Of a stretch of 64,000 bases of DNA, positions 1-11,685 are shown in pieces. A program made the position numbers and the translations under genes. The DNA is from an uncultured cyanobacterium (GTDB lineage: Bacteria; Cyanobacteriota; Cyanobacteriia; Cyanobacteriales; CAWCAG01): the NCBI GenBank assembly GCA_963793425.1, contig CAWCAG010000007.1:192001-256000 (forward strand), given 5' to 3'. Under the pieces are notes generated by a model. It saw nothing but the letters and a program-made list of their open reading frames with translations. It made no database searches and was not told the origin of the DNA. Every line of letters begins with the position of its first letter. The stretch's first letter is position 1.

Positions 1-801
1 CATCAAAGCAGCCCAAACAGGCCATCGAGAATCAGAATTTAGGTAACTAATTCCTCTTTCTGCATCAGCGTAATATTGTCTCGCCCTTTGGATTTGAAAA
101 GCCATCAACTTGCGCCAGCGACTATCAATTACACCATTAAATAAATCTTCTTCGGTGTAATTGAACAAAGCTAGTTCATCTAAAGGTAAATAAATACGCC
201 CTCGTTGAGCATCTTCACCAACATCTCGGAGAATATTAGTAAGTTGGTTGGCTATACCAAGAGAAAGCGCCTCTTTTTGGGGAATATAGGGTTCTGTTGA
301 ACGATTCCAAGGGGCAGTATTTTGTCCCTCATCTATGCCTAAAACGGAACTAGACATCAAACCTACTGTCCCAGCCACCCGATAGCAATATAGTTTTAAT
401 TCCTCAAAGTTTTTGTAGCGACTACGATAGAGATCCATCTGCTGTCCGGCAATCATATCCCGAAAAGGTTGAATATCGATAGGGAAACGCTCTAAAGTAT
501 CAACTAAAGCAACATCAGGATCTTCGAGAGGTTGCCCAGCAAAAACCGATTCGAGATGTTGTTCCCAAATTTCCAAAGTTTCTGGAGTAGTAAAGCGAGA
601 TTCAGGCCCATCAACCAATTCATCGGTACGCCGACACCAAACATATATGGCCCAAATAGCTCGACGTTTTTCGGGGGGCATTAAAAGAGTCCCCAAGTAA
701 AAGGTCTTAGAGTATTTTGCCGTAATCTGACGGCAATATTCATAAGCCTCCAAGCGGGAGACTAGGGATCTCGTTGGTTGAGGTTTAGTCAATTGCAGCA
801 T
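1..801 (-). CDS. crtB: Phytoene synthase (3' end runs off the window)
   Basis: Not in the ORF track. Manual translation from ATG at 801: [66 protein letters not shown]. It lies directly downstream of pds, the usual cyanobacterial arrangement. Confidence 0.95.
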   Translation of the reverse strand, partial: MLQLTKPQPTRSLVSRLEAYEYCRQITAKYSKTFYLGTLLMPPEKRRAIWAIYVWCRRTDELVDGPESRFTTPETLEIWEQHLESVFAGQPLEDPDVALVDTLERFPIDIQPFRDMIAGQQMDLYRSRYKNFEELKLYCYRVAGTVGLMSSSVLGIDEGQNTAPWNRSTEPYIPQKEALSLGIANQLTNILRDVGEDAQRGRIYLPLDELALFNYTEEDLFNGVIDSRWRKLMAFQIQRARQYYADAERGISYLNSDSRWPVWAALM

Positions 802-956
802 TCATCGCAGGCCAAGATTCGGGCAGTTTGGAACAGTTTGTAGTGGGTTTTAGGCCCCTACAAAGCACTGTCTGTAGTTATTAACCATTAGAATTGTCCC
901 ATTGGATTAGCAAATCTGGAAACTAAATAATTTAAGAATTTAAAGTCTTTTAGCTT

Positions 957-2396
<1,440 letters not shown>

Positions 2397-2534
2397 TTAT
2401 AAATACTGTTATTAACTATTTGTGTTGATCTGTAAGATTAATTATACTTTGCAATCTGTAACATTTCACAAAAAATCGCCCCAGGGCTACCAAATTTAGG
2501 CTTTAAGTTGGTCAACAACACTAGATAACTGATT

Positions 2535-3401
2535 ATGACTCGCTTTCTAACTCCCAAAAATACTTCTGGTCAAACTCTCCCCACCATGTACGATTTACCG
2601 AGTGAGTTTCCAGAGGAACCAGGATTGCCAGATTATTTCCATTTCTTACAACCTTTACTGCTTTACTTGAGCTTTTCACCCCTCAATTACCCCAGAGAAA
2701 GATTTTTCTGTGGTGCAGATATGAACGTTTACTACGATCCGGAACATACTCTACGTCATAAACGCCCTGATTGGTTTGCTGCGGTAGGAGTGCCAGAATT
2801 TTATGATGGTAAGGACTTACGCTTAAGCTATGTAACTTGGGCGGAAGTTGCTAATCCTTTTGTGGTGGTGGAGTTATTGTCTCCAGGTACAGAAAAAGAA
2901 GATTTAGGACAAACCCAACGCCAAAATGGAGAGTTACCAACCAAATGGGAAGTGTATGAACAGATTTTAAAAATTCCTTATTATTTCATTTTCAGTCGCT
3001 ACACCAACGAAGGAAAAGCATATCGTTTGGGTGAAAATGGTTATGAAGAAATGGCCGCAGTGAACCGAAAATGGTTAGTACCAGAATTAGGCTTAAGTTT
3101 AGGAATTTGGTCAGGAGAATTTGAAAGAAGCAAGAGACAGTGGTTACGTTGGTTTACCTTAGAAGGGGAATTAATTGCTGTAGATAAAGAAAAAATTGCT
3201 CAAGTTAAGGCAGAAATTGAAGTAATTAGAGAAAGATTAATTCAAGCGGAAGAAGAAGCTGAAGATGCTAGAGAAAGAATAATTCAAGCTAGACAAGAAA
3301 CCCAAGAAGCTAGACAAGAAGCAGCTAAAGCTAAGCAAGAAAAGGAACAGTTATTAGCCAAGTTAAAAGAGTTAGGTATAGATCCTGATGAAATCAGCTA
3401 A
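2535..3401 (+). CDS. Uma2 family (DUF820) putative endonuclease with coiled-coil tail
   Basis: LPTMYDLPSE N-terminus, RPDWF and VVVELLSP motifs, repetitive E/A/R/Q tail ending LKELGIDP. Confidence 0.9.
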   Translation: MTRFLTPKNTSGQTLPTMYDLPSEFPEEPGLPDYFHFLQPLLLYLSFSPLNYPRERFFCGADMNVYYDPEHTLRHKRPDWFAAVGVPEFYDGKDLRLSYVTWAEVANPFVVVELLSPGTEKEDLGQTQRQNGELPTKWEVYEQILKIPYYFIFSRYTNEGKAYRLGENGYEEMAAVNRKWLVPELGLSLGIWSGEFERSKRQWLRWFTLEGELIAVDKEKIAQVKAEIEVIRERLIQAEEEAEDARERIIQARQETQEARQEAAKAKQEKEQLLAKLKELGIDPDEIS

Positions 3402-3472
3402 ACGAGAATTATTTGCTTACTTTATAATTCATCAACGGCGATCTCTACGCCCCTAACTAAACAAAATCAACT

Positions 3473-5125
3473 ATGAAACAAAACCTCTGTCGTTTTTCCC
3501 CTCGCCGCCTTTTTTCTTTTGGTAAATATCTTAGTCTCTTTTTTCTCTGCTTTTCTTTAATTGTTGCTTGTAATAACCAACCTCAAAATTCTTCTAGTTC
3601 AACTCCTGGTAGCAATGAAGGTGGCAGAATCACCGTAGGTACAACTTTAAAACCCCGCACCCTTGATCCGTCTGATAACTATGAATTGGCAGGAACGAAT
3701 GTTATTTATAACTTAAGCGATACTCTTTATGCTTATAAACCGGAGACGACGGAATTAGAACCTCAGCTAGCTACGGAGATGCCAGAAATAAGCGAGGATG
3801 GTTTAACCTATACTATTCCGGTACGAGAAGGGGTGACTTTCCATGATGGTACTCCTTTTAATGCTGAGGCAATGGCTTTTTCCTTACAACGCTTTTTGGA
3901 AAATGGCGGTAAACCTTCTTTCCTGCTTTCAGATACCATAGAGTCGGTAGAAGCCACAGGAGATTACGAACTTACCATTAAACTCACCAAGCCTTTTGCT
4001 GCTTTCCCCGCTTTATTAGCTTACCCTGGTACTTGTGCTATTTCCCCAGAAGCTTATGAAATTGGTGCAGGTAAGTTTCAACCCAACACCTTTGTAGGAA
4101 CTGGCCCTTATAAATTAGCTGAATTTAGTAGCGATTCAATTCGTTTTGATGTTTTTGAGGATTACTGGGGAGAAAAGCCTGTTAATGAAGGGGCGGATAT
4201 GCAGATTTATGCTAGTAATTCTGCGAACCTGTTTAATAGTTTCCGTACCGGGGAAGTCGATGTTGCTTATCAATCCCTCGATCCTAACCAAATTAAAAGC
4301 TTGCAAGAACAAGCAGGAAAGGGAGATTTTCAGGTTTTTGAAGCATCGGGTACAGCAGTTAGTTATATGGTGTTGAACTTGCAGCAAGAACCCTTAGATA
4401 AGCTGGAAGTACGGCAGGCGATCGCCACAATGTTAGACCGTTCTTTACTTAATCAAAGAGTTTTACAAGACCAGGGAGAAGCTATTTATAGTTTAGTTCC
4501 TAGTGCCTTTGATGCCTACAAACCTGCCTTTGAAGAAGCCTATGGTAAGGGAAATTATGATCAGGCTAAAGAGTTATTAAAAAAAGCTGGTTATTCTCCT
4601 CAAAAGCCTGCCACCGTTGAACTTTGGTATCCTTCTGGTTCCAATATTCGTGAAGCTGTAGCTGCCACTTTGAGGGCATTAGCAGAAAGAGAGTTAGATG
4701 GGGCATTAATATTTGAACCCAAGAGTGTAGAATCTGCCACAGCTTTTAGTAATTTACCCAAGGGTATTTATCCCAGCTTTTTAGTAGATTGGTATCCAGA
4801 CTTTTTGGATGCTGATAATTATCTTCAACCCTTTTTAGACTGTGCTAAAGGTTCAGAAACAGAAGGTTGTACAGAAGGGGCAGCACAAAACCAAGGTTCG
4901 TTTTTTTATAGCGATTCCGTCAATGAGTTAATTGATCAACAACGCCAAGAACAAGATGTTACTAAGCGTGAAGCCATCTTTGCAGAAATTCAAGAAATTT
5001 TAGCCGAACAAGTTCCTTATCTTCCTTTGTGGCAAAGTAAAGATTATGCCTTTGCCCAAAACGGAGTTGAAGGGATAACTATGAATCCGAGTCAGAATTT
5101 CCCTCTTTGGACTATTAGTAAGTAA
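3473..5125 (+). CDS. ABC transporter substrate-binding lipoprotein, family 5 (peptide/nickel type)
   Basis: Lipobox LIVAC, GVTFHDGTPFNAEA and GTGPYKL motifs. Confidence 0.92.
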   Translation: MKQNLCRFSPRRLFSFGKYLSLFFLCFSLIVACNNQPQNSSSSTPGSNEGGRITVGTTLKPRTLDPSDNYELAGTNVIYNLSDTLYAYKPETTELEPQLATEMPEISEDGLTYTIPVREGVTFHDGTPFNAEAMAFSLQRFLENGGKPSFLLSDTIESVEATGDYELTIKLTKPFAAFPALLAYPGTCAISPEAYEIGAGKFQPNTFVGTGPYKLAEFSSDSIRFDVFEDYWGEKPVNEGADMQIYASNSANLFNSFRTGEVDVAYQSLDPNQIKSLQEQAGKGDFQVFEASGTAVSYMVLNLQQEPLDKLEVRQAIATMLDRSLLNQRVLQDQGEAIYSLVPSAFDAYKPAFEEAYGKGNYDQAKELLKKAGYSPQKPATVELWYPSGSNIREAVAATLRALAERELDGALIFEPKSVESATAFSNLPKGIYPSFLVDWYPDFLDADNYLQPFLDCAKGSETEGCTEGAAQNQGSFFYSDSVNELIDQQRQEQDVTKREAIFAEIQEILAEQVPYLPLWQSKDYAFAQNGVEGITMNPSQNFPLWTISK

Positions 5126-5154
5126 GTCAGGTAGTGGGGCAAATGCCCCCGACA

Positions 5155-5277
5155 ATCGGGTGTCGTTAGCTGTAGGCGAACGCACCTTAATTGAGTTGAA
5201 TTTAGGGCGGTGCGTTAAGCGCTGAATTAAGATTTTATAGACCTGCCATGATTTTTTACAGCGCCAACACACCCTAC
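5155..5277. repeat. REP-like dispersed palindromic element, copy 1
   Basis: GGGTGTCGTTAGC...AACGCACC...GGTGCGTT...CAACACACCCTAC; closely similar to 46975-47101; lies between convergent genes. Confidence 0.8.
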
Positions 5278-5319
5278 AGGAGGTGCGATCGCTGGTAAAT
5301 TTTGCAAAGGAATCATAGA

Positions 5320-7206
5320 TTAGGAATTCAAATAAGTGTAACTGTTCAAACTACTCTCGTAATTTTGCAGTAAAAGTCGCGACTCTGCTAAAGTAATTTT
5401 CTTTTCTTGTAGGGCTTTTTCTGTACGCTGGCGAATCTTTTCTACTAAATCTTGGGCATCATATTCCACATAACTTAGAACCTCTGCAATGCCATCTCCT
5501 TTAACCACTCTTTCTACTTCATAGCCTTGAGATGTCATCTTGATATGCACCAAATTAGTACTACCAAAAAGATTATGAAGATTACCCATAATTTCTTGAT
5601 AAGCCCCAACTAAAAACATTCCTAAGCAGTATTGAGAATTATTTTTGAGGGGATGAAGTTCTAAAAGATTTTTAGGTTTTTGTGTATCAATAAATTGGTC
5701 GATTTTGCCATCGCTATCACAAGTTAAATCTGCAAGAAAGCCCTTTTTAGTTGGCTTTTCTTCTAGGCGATGGAGAGGCATAATGGGAAAAAGTTGTTTA
5801 ATAGCCCAAGCGTCAGGAGCAGAACGGAAAACGGAAAAGTTAACATGATAAATTGAAGCTAAAGATTTAGCTAAATCTTGCAAATCTTCAGGAATATATT
5901 CTTGGTCTTTGACAATTTGAAAAATCTTTTCGCAACAAGCCCAATATAATTGTTCTGCCCTAGCCCTTTCTTCTAAACCCAAATAACCAAAGCCAAACAA
6001 ACTAATTGCTTCTTCCTTAAATTGAATAGCATCGTGATAACTTTCTTGATAATTATCTAGGTTAATTCCGTGGTAAGTTTCCCAGAGATTGCGAATAATT
6101 AAATGTTCTTTTGAACTTAAAACTTGAGGTGGTTGAGAAGGAATATCACTGGTATCAAGAACATCAAAAATAAGTACCGCTTGATGAGATGCGATCGCCC
6201 TACCACTTTCACTAATTAAAATCGGGGCAGCTATATTTCTTTCTTCACAAACCTCAGAAACTTCTGCCACAATATCGTTGGCATAGTTCTGCATATTATA
6301 GTTTTTGGAACCAGGAAAGTTGGTTTTAGAGCCATCATAATCTACGCCCAAACCACCACCCACATCAAGGTATTGCATATTCGCTCCCAATTTAACTAGC
6401 TCCCCGTAAATCTGACTAGCTTCGCGAATAGCATCTTTAATCACGCTAATAGAAGAAATTTGTGAACCAATGTGGAAATGAAGGAGTTGCAAACAAGACA
6501 ACATTTCTGCCTTATCTAATTGCGTAACTACCTCTAAAATTTGCGGAATCGTTAAGCCACACTTCGCCCCATCCCCAGTAGAATTCCCCCAATGTCCGGA
6601 ACCTCGACTATTAAGTTTCGCCCTTACCCCCAAAGTGGGAGCAATATTCAACTTTTGACTAATTTCTAAAACTAAAGCTAATTCTGATTGTTGTTCAATG
6701 ACAATCACCGGATTCTGCCCTAAACGCTTTGCTAATAAAGCTGTTTCTAAGTAAGCATGGTCTTTATAACCATTGCAAATCAACAGTGCTTCTGAAGGTT
6801 CTAAAGTCGCCAGGGCGATGGTTAATTCTGGTTTTGAACCTGCTTCTAAACCAAACTGATAAGGTTTACCAAAACGAACCAAATCTTCAACAAGATAGCG
6901 GTGTTGATTACATTTAATTGGGTAAACACCACGATAGGTATTTGGATAATTATATCTAGCGATCGCCTTAGCAAAACAAGTATTCAAACGCTCAATGCGA
7001 TCAGCAAGAATATCCGGAAAGCGAATCAGTAAAGGAAGTTCAATATCCCTCTCTTGTAATGATTGTACCAATTCCCACAAATCTAAAACCTGACTAGAAT
7101 CCCCTTGAGGAGAAACTATCACATGACCAGTAGAATTAATACTAAAGTAAGGTTCTCCCCAACTTTGAATCCGATATAATTTCTGACTATCTTCAATAGA
7201 CCACAT
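5320..7206 (-). CDS. speA: Biosynthetic arginine decarboxylase
   Basis: YPIKCNQ PLP lysine, GLEAGSKPEL, HFHIGSQI, DVGGGLGVDYDGS, LTCDSDG. Confidence 0.95.
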   Translation of the reverse strand: MWSIEDSQKLYRIQSWGEPYFSINSTGHVIVSPQGDSSQVLDLWELVQSLQERDIELPLLIRFPDILADRIERLNTCFAKAIARYNYPNTYRGVYPIKCNQHRYLVEDLVRFGKPYQFGLEAGSKPELTIALATLEPSEALLICNGYKDHAYLETALLAKRLGQNPVIVIEQQSELALVLEISQKLNIAPTLGVRAKLNSRGSGHWGNSTGDGAKCGLTIPQILEVVTQLDKAEMLSCLQLLHFHIGSQISSISVIKDAIREASQIYGELVKLGANMQYLDVGGGLGVDYDGSKTNFPGSKNYNMQNYANDIVAEVSEVCEERNIAAPILISESGRAIASHQAVLIFDVLDTSDIPSQPPQVLSSKEHLIIRNLWETYHGINLDNYQESYHDAIQFKEEAISLFGFGYLGLEERARAEQLYWACCEKIFQIVKDQEYIPEDLQDLAKSLASIYHVNFSVFRSAPDAWAIKQLFPIMPLHRLEEKPTKKGFLADLTCDSDGKIDQFIDTQKPKNLLELHPLKNNSQYCLGMFLVGAYQEIMGNLHNLFGSTNLVHIKMTSQGYEVERVVKGDGIAEVLSYVEYDAQDLVEKIRQRTEKALQEKKITLAESRLLLQNYESSLNSYTYLNS

Positions 7207-7290
7207 AAGCTTTTTTGAGGTTAGGAGGTAGGTAAGTGGGGAGAACTTTCATAGGTATAGTTTTAAATTATTAAGTTAAGAGTATTTAGT

Positions 7291-7632
7291 ATGAATTCAA
7301 TTATGGTCATACACCCCTACAAATATGATGAAATGTGGGTGTTTGATGACGAGAAAGTAGGTTTAGTGCGAGAGCCATTTGTCGCCGGCGCTGATAAAAT
7401 TATTGACCAAATGGTAGCAAATATACCACAAGCAGAATCGGGTTTTAGCTTATTGTTTTCTGCCCATCCCTTTCCTGGCTATCAAGTTAAGTTTGATTGG
7501 CGGCGAGAGGAATATGGAGGGAACTGGTACTATATTGCGATGTTAGATATGGAAGGCTGGCTTTGTCCGGCTTTGTTTAAATATTTTGATAAAGCCCCGC
7601 AAGAGTTTTATGCTCAGTTTAAGGCAGCTTGA
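7291..7632 (+). CDS. Conserved hypothetical protein (DUF6717-like)
   Basis: WVFDDEKVGLVREPFVAGAD and GWLCPALFKYF motifs; family name recalled, not searched. Confidence 0.7.
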   Translation: MNSIMVIHPYKYDEMWVFDDEKVGLVREPFVAGADKIIDQMVANIPQAESGFSLLFSAHPFPGYQVKFDWRREEYGGNWYYIAMLDMEGWLCPALFKYFDKAPQEFYAQFKAA

Positions 7633-7788
7633 ATATAGCAAGTATAAAATTGCATAAGGTGAAAGTATTACTATTTGTAGGATAAAATTCTCAGCAATCA
7701 GCTTGTCGTAAATCTCGTTAAATCTTTATACAGGATGAGTTAACTCAAATCTATTCTACTAGAACACACTTCATACACTATACTCTTC

Positions 7789-8397
7789 ATGGTTCAATTA
7801 TCACCAAAACTATTAACCTTCGATGAATTTATTGAATGGCTGCCAGAGAATAGGCGCTACGAACTACATGATGGGACAATCATAGAAATGCAACCTACAG
7901 GAAAGCACGAAGATATTACAGGATTTCTCACTCAAGAATTAACCTTGGAATATACCAGAATGCAACTATCCTATCGCATTCCTCCAAAAGCACTAGTCAA
8001 ACCTCGCAATAAACAAACAGGTTACAATCGTGATTTGCTAATTGTAGACCGTTCTCAACTAGAATTAGAGCCTTTATGGGAAAAACAATCAACCCTGATT
8101 CAGGGAAAATCTGTTCCTTTAATTATCGAGGTAGTCAGTACTAATTGGCGCGATGATTATGGCTACAAACTCATTGACTACGAAGCAATAGGCATTCGTG
8201 AATACTGGATTGTAGATTATCTAGGTTTGGGGGGAGTGCGCTTTATTGGGCAACCCAAACAACCTACCATCTCTATTTATGAGCTTATTGATGGAGAATA
8301 CCAAGTAAAGCAGTTTAGGGGAAGCGAAATGATATCTTCACCGACATTCCCAAAACTCAAGCTGACTGTTGAGCAGATTTTTCAAGCTCAAAGATGA
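7789..8397 (+). CDS. Uma2 family putative endonuclease
   Basis: LTFDEF, RYELHDG, IIEVVSTNWRDDY, GIREYWIVD. Confidence 0.9.
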   Translation: MVQLSPKLLTFDEFIEWLPENRRYELHDGTIIEMQPTGKHEDITGFLTQELTLEYTRMQLSYRIPPKALVKPRNKQTGYNRDLLIVDRSQLELEPLWEKQSTLIQGKSVPLIIEVVSTNWRDDYGYKLIDYEAIGIREYWIVDYLGLGGVRFIGQPKQPTISIYELIDGEYQVKQFRGSEMISSPTFPKLKLTVEQIFQAQR

Positions 8398-8407
8398 AGA
8401 TTATTAT

Positions 8408-8450
8408 TATCCTAAAGGTACGGCGGTATACTGAATTTCGATACAGGTGA
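8408..8450 (+). pseudogene. Short frameshifted xisI 3'-end remnant
   Basis: With two single-base corrections it reads YPKVRRYTEFDTG; its nucleotide sequence aligns with the clearer remnant at 9148-9251. Confidence 0.5.
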
Positions 8451-8533
8451 GGTAATCGCTGATTAATTCTATGGGAGGAACTGGTGCGATCGCTAACGGT
8501 ATAATAGTAGCTGTTTTGACGGTGATTTCTGTA

Positions 8534-9133
8534 ATGGATGAAATACCTTGGGATCTGATAATTCAGACGAAGCGCCTTATCATTCGCCCTCAAAAATATA
8601 GTGACTATAAAGCTTGGTATATCGCTTTTTCAGAACGCCTACCACAGCAGTACACATATGACGAAGGACAGATTGCTTTAGATGGCTATGATGCTGACGA
8701 GTTTACAAATATATGTAAGAGCCATCAAGAGCAAGCATCAAATGATTACGCATATATTTGGGGGATATTTCATAAACAAACAAACCGGCATATTGGCAAT
8801 ATCGACTTATCCACCATTCAACGGGAGGAAAAACAGTGGGCTAACTTGGGTTACACTATCCATAATCAATACTGGAGACAAGGGTTTGGGAAAGAAGCTG
8901 TAAGAGCCGTAATCATTGCTGGGTTTGAGCAGCTTGGATATCATCGTATTGAAGCAGCCATCAATCTTGATAATCATCCTTCTATTGCTCTTGTACAAAC
9001 TGTTGGCTTGCAAAAAGAGTGCGTTCGGCGCGGCTTTTATTATGAAAATGAGCAATGGGTAGATCATATAATTTATGTAGCTCTCCCTACTGATTTAGGT
9101 ATATCTGAGAAGCCACCAGCGATTACTACCTAG
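8534..9133 (+). CDS. GNAT family N-acetyltransferase (RimJ/RimL type)
   Basis: LGYTIHNQYWRQGFGKEA acetyl-CoA motif and NHPSIAL. Start moved to ATG 8534 because the track's extension runs through the repeat. Confidence 0.88.
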   Translation: MDEIPWDLIIQTKRLIIRPQKYSDYKAWYIAFSERLPQQYTYDEGQIALDGYDADEFTNICKSHQEQASNDYAYIWGIFHKQTNRHIGNIDLSTIQREEKQWANLGYTIHNQYWRQGFGKEAVRAVIIAGFEQLGYHRIEAAINLDNHPSIALVQTVGLQKECVRRGFYYENEQWVDHIIYVALPTDLGISEKPPAITT

Positions 9134-9147
9134 AGTGTCAGCGCAGT

Positions 9148-9251
9148 CTTGATTTTAGTAGAAATGGGAAGTGTCCAGACAATATCTAGTTTTAGCATTT
9201 CACGAACCTGAAATTAGTCAGTATACGGATTTTGGTACAGGTGAAGTGTAG
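9148..9251 (+). pseudogene. xisI: XisI family C-terminal remnant
   Basis: Reads LVEMG / VSRQYLVLAFHEPEISQYTDFGTGEV* with a frameshift; matches the XisI C-terminal pattern ELVxxGVPxxDIVLxFHxPxxRxYTxF. Confidence 0.7.
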
Positions 9252-9378
9252 GCAAAGCCAGCCGTAGGAATAGCTAATTAATTCCATCTAGAAATTGGTG
9301 TGATCGCGCTTTTGCTAGTTAGTCCCATAATGTATAAATCATGTCAATGATTCATAATTATCAGCTATAGTTAAAACA

Positions 9379-9518
9379 TAGGATGCAGCAGACACACTCT
9401 TCGCAAAAGCGAGTGTGACATCCCGTTACCTTCATCGGTCGAGGAAAATCCGGTAAAGACGTTCTGAATACCAAAATGCGAATTTTGGCGAAGGCTCCTT
9501 AAGGAGTCTTTGTTATTT
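9379..9518 (+). ncRNA. Candidate structured small RNA, family not recognised
   Basis: TATAGT -10-like box at 9366-9371, followed by consecutive stems, a GCGA tetraloop hairpin and a terminator-like hairpin; no long ORF. Confidence 0.5.
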
Positions 9519-9772
9519 ATGGGAAAGACTGGATAATATGTGAAAGTTTCTCCAGCTTTTCACCTCCTTTACAGTATTAAATTTCATATCTTGAAGAGAG
9601 CTAAAAATTAAGTAAAATTTCTACATCAAGGAATCATACTATAAATAACTTTGTAGTTATCTGGTTTGTTTCGACACAATTAATTGCTATTGACTATTAA
9701 AAAAACAGCAACTCTTTTAACCATGAGTTATCGTAGTAAGCATAACTGGCGCTTTCCGTGGGAAAAGTTGTG

Positions 9773-11545
9773 ATGAGAAAGCTTTTATTAATTAGTCTAT
9801 TTGTTATAGGGCTAGGTTTTGCTCTATTTAACTTTAAAGGTTTAGCCGCTAAAGGGAACTATGATTCCATTGTTCTAGATTTCCGTGAGGATATTTCTCA
9901 AACGGAAATTGAAGGGGAATTAAACAAAATCTCTCAACAATATCAAGTTGCCCCCAGGCTTAATAGTGAATTTTCGCTTCAAGACAACCTTTATATTATC
10001 AACGGTGATAAAAAGGTTCTTAATGCTCTCAGAAAATCTGACTTGAGTAAAGATACAGAATATATTGAACCTAACTATATTTATGGCATCAACGCCCTCG
10101 CTGCCCCCAATGACCCGAAATATGGGGAACAGTGGAATATGCGTAGCATTAATGTAGAACAAGCTTGGGAAGAAACGAAAGGGGCAGGAATTACTGTCGC
10201 GGTTATTGATACAGGAGTAAGTCAGATTCAGGATTTAGAACAAACTAAATTTGTTCCTGGCTACGATTTTGTCAACGATAAGGTAGAAGCCGGGGATGAT
10301 AACGGCCATGGAACCCATGTAGCCGGAACTATTGCCCAATCTACTAATAATAATTATGGTGTCGTGGGTATTGCCCATGAAGCTAACATTATGCCCTTAA
10401 AAGTGCTAGCAGCACAGGGGGGCGGAACCATCGCTGATATTGCTGAAGCCATTCGTTTCGCTGCTGACAATGATGCAGATGTGATTAACATGAGTTTGGG
10501 TGGCGGCGGCGCAAGTCATGTTTTGGAAGAAGCCATTGATTATGCTTATAGCAAAGATGTGGTCATTATCGCTGCGGCGGGTAATGCTGGTCAAAATTCT
10601 TCCTCTTATCCCGCCCGCTATCCCAAAGTAATTAGCGTCTCTGCTGTTGATGCTGTAGGAGAGAAAGCCCCCTATTCTAATTACGGTGCAGGGGTTGATA
10701 TTTCTGCTCCTGGGGGCAGTGAGAAAGGTAAAATTGTTCAAGAAACAGTTAACCCTAGTGATGGACAAGCTGTATTTGTCGGCTTCCAGGGTACAAGCAT
10801 GGCTGCACCCCATGTTGCAGGAGTTGCAGCTTTAGTTAAAGCTTCTGGTATTGAAAAACCGGAAGAAGTACGGGAAGTCTTGTTAGAATCAGTCAGGAAA
10901 GTAGAAGAAGATCCTTTAAACCACTTTGGGGCAGGACAATTAGATGCCGCAGAAGCGGTAAAACTAGCTTTGAAGGGGCAAGTTACTTTTAAAGATTTCT
11001 TCCGTTGGTTAAACAAAAATGGTTATCTTAACCTCCGCTTCTGGTTTGATGGCGGTGTTGTCGCCCTGCCACCGAAATTAATTATGGTTTTAGGTTCCTA
11101 TCTTTTAGCCTTCTTACTACGTAATTATTTACCTTTCGGCAATCTCTTCTTCACTGGAGGAATGATTTTTGGGAGTTCCGGGCTATTTTTCCTACGGGGT
11201 TTATATATTTACGATTTACCCCAATGGCCTTTAAGAGTAGCAGGTAGTTCCCTCCCGGAAATAGGTAACGCGATTACCGGAAGTACCAGTTTGAATCCTC
11301 TTTTTGCTAGTGTGTTGATTCCTTTCCTTTTAGTTGCCTTATTATTAAGTACTTCTAACTGGAAATGGTTTGCCGTTGGTTCTACTATTGGTGTAGCTTC
11401 TTGCTTACTGGTTAATGCGGTTATAGACCCTGCTGTGTGGGGTTTAGGTACAGGATTAATGGCTAGTGGTTTCTTGGGTATTAACGCTTTGTTATGTTTG
11501 GTGTTAGCTTATTTTGCCACAAAAGGAGAAAAGCAAGTTGCTTGA
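9773..11545 (+). CDS. Subtilisin-like S8 serine peptidase with C-terminal membrane domain
   Basis: Catalytic triad VAVIDTG, HGTHVAG, GTSMAAPHVAG; N-terminal signal; hydrophobic C-terminus. Confidence 0.93.
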   Translation: MRKLLLISLFVIGLGFALFNFKGLAAKGNYDSIVLDFREDISQTEIEGELNKISQQYQVAPRLNSEFSLQDNLYIINGDKKVLNALRKSDLSKDTEYIEPNYIYGINALAAPNDPKYGEQWNMRSINVEQAWEETKGAGITVAVIDTGVSQIQDLEQTKFVPGYDFVNDKVEAGDDNGHGTHVAGTIAQSTNNNYGVVGIAHEANIMPLKVLAAQGGGTIADIAEAIRFAADNDADVINMSLGGGGASHVLEEAIDYAYSKDVVIIAAAGNAGQNSSSYPARYPKVISVSAVDAVGEKAPYSNYGAGVDISAPGGSEKGKIVQETVNPSDGQAVFVGFQGTSMAAPHVAGVAALVKASGIEKPEEVREVLLESVRKVEEDPLNHFGAGQLDAAEAVKLALKGQVTFKDFFRWLNKNGYLNLRFWFDGGVVALPPKLIMVLGSYLLAFLLRNYLPFGNLFFTGGMIFGSSGLFFLRGLYIYDLPQWPLRVAGSSLPEIGNAITGSTSLNPLFASVLIPFLLVALLLSTSNWKWFAVGSTIGVASCLLVNAVIDPAVWGLGTGLMASGFLGINALLCLVLAYFATKGEKQVA

Positions 11546-11575
11546 TGGGTAATGGGTAATGGGTAATGGGTAATA
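11546..11575. repeat. Short tandem repeat (ATGGGT/AATGGGT heptamer, about 4 copies), STRR type
   Basis: atgggtaatgggtaatgggtaatgggtaat directly after the stop codon; a related (AATGGTA)n run lies at 11664-11688. Confidence 0.85.
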
Positions 11576-11685
11576 GTATTACTTATTACTTTTTCCCTAA
11601 ATCCCTAGCCCAAAAAACGCTCTATGCAACCAAACTCTGATTTAGTATTGATGCTCAATGTTTAATGGTAAATGGTAAATGGTAA

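Noticed and set aside
7291..9310. Integron cassette array
   Set aside because: No integrase and no attC-like RYYYAAC...GTTRRRY palindromes; the repeats are better explained as xisI remnants.
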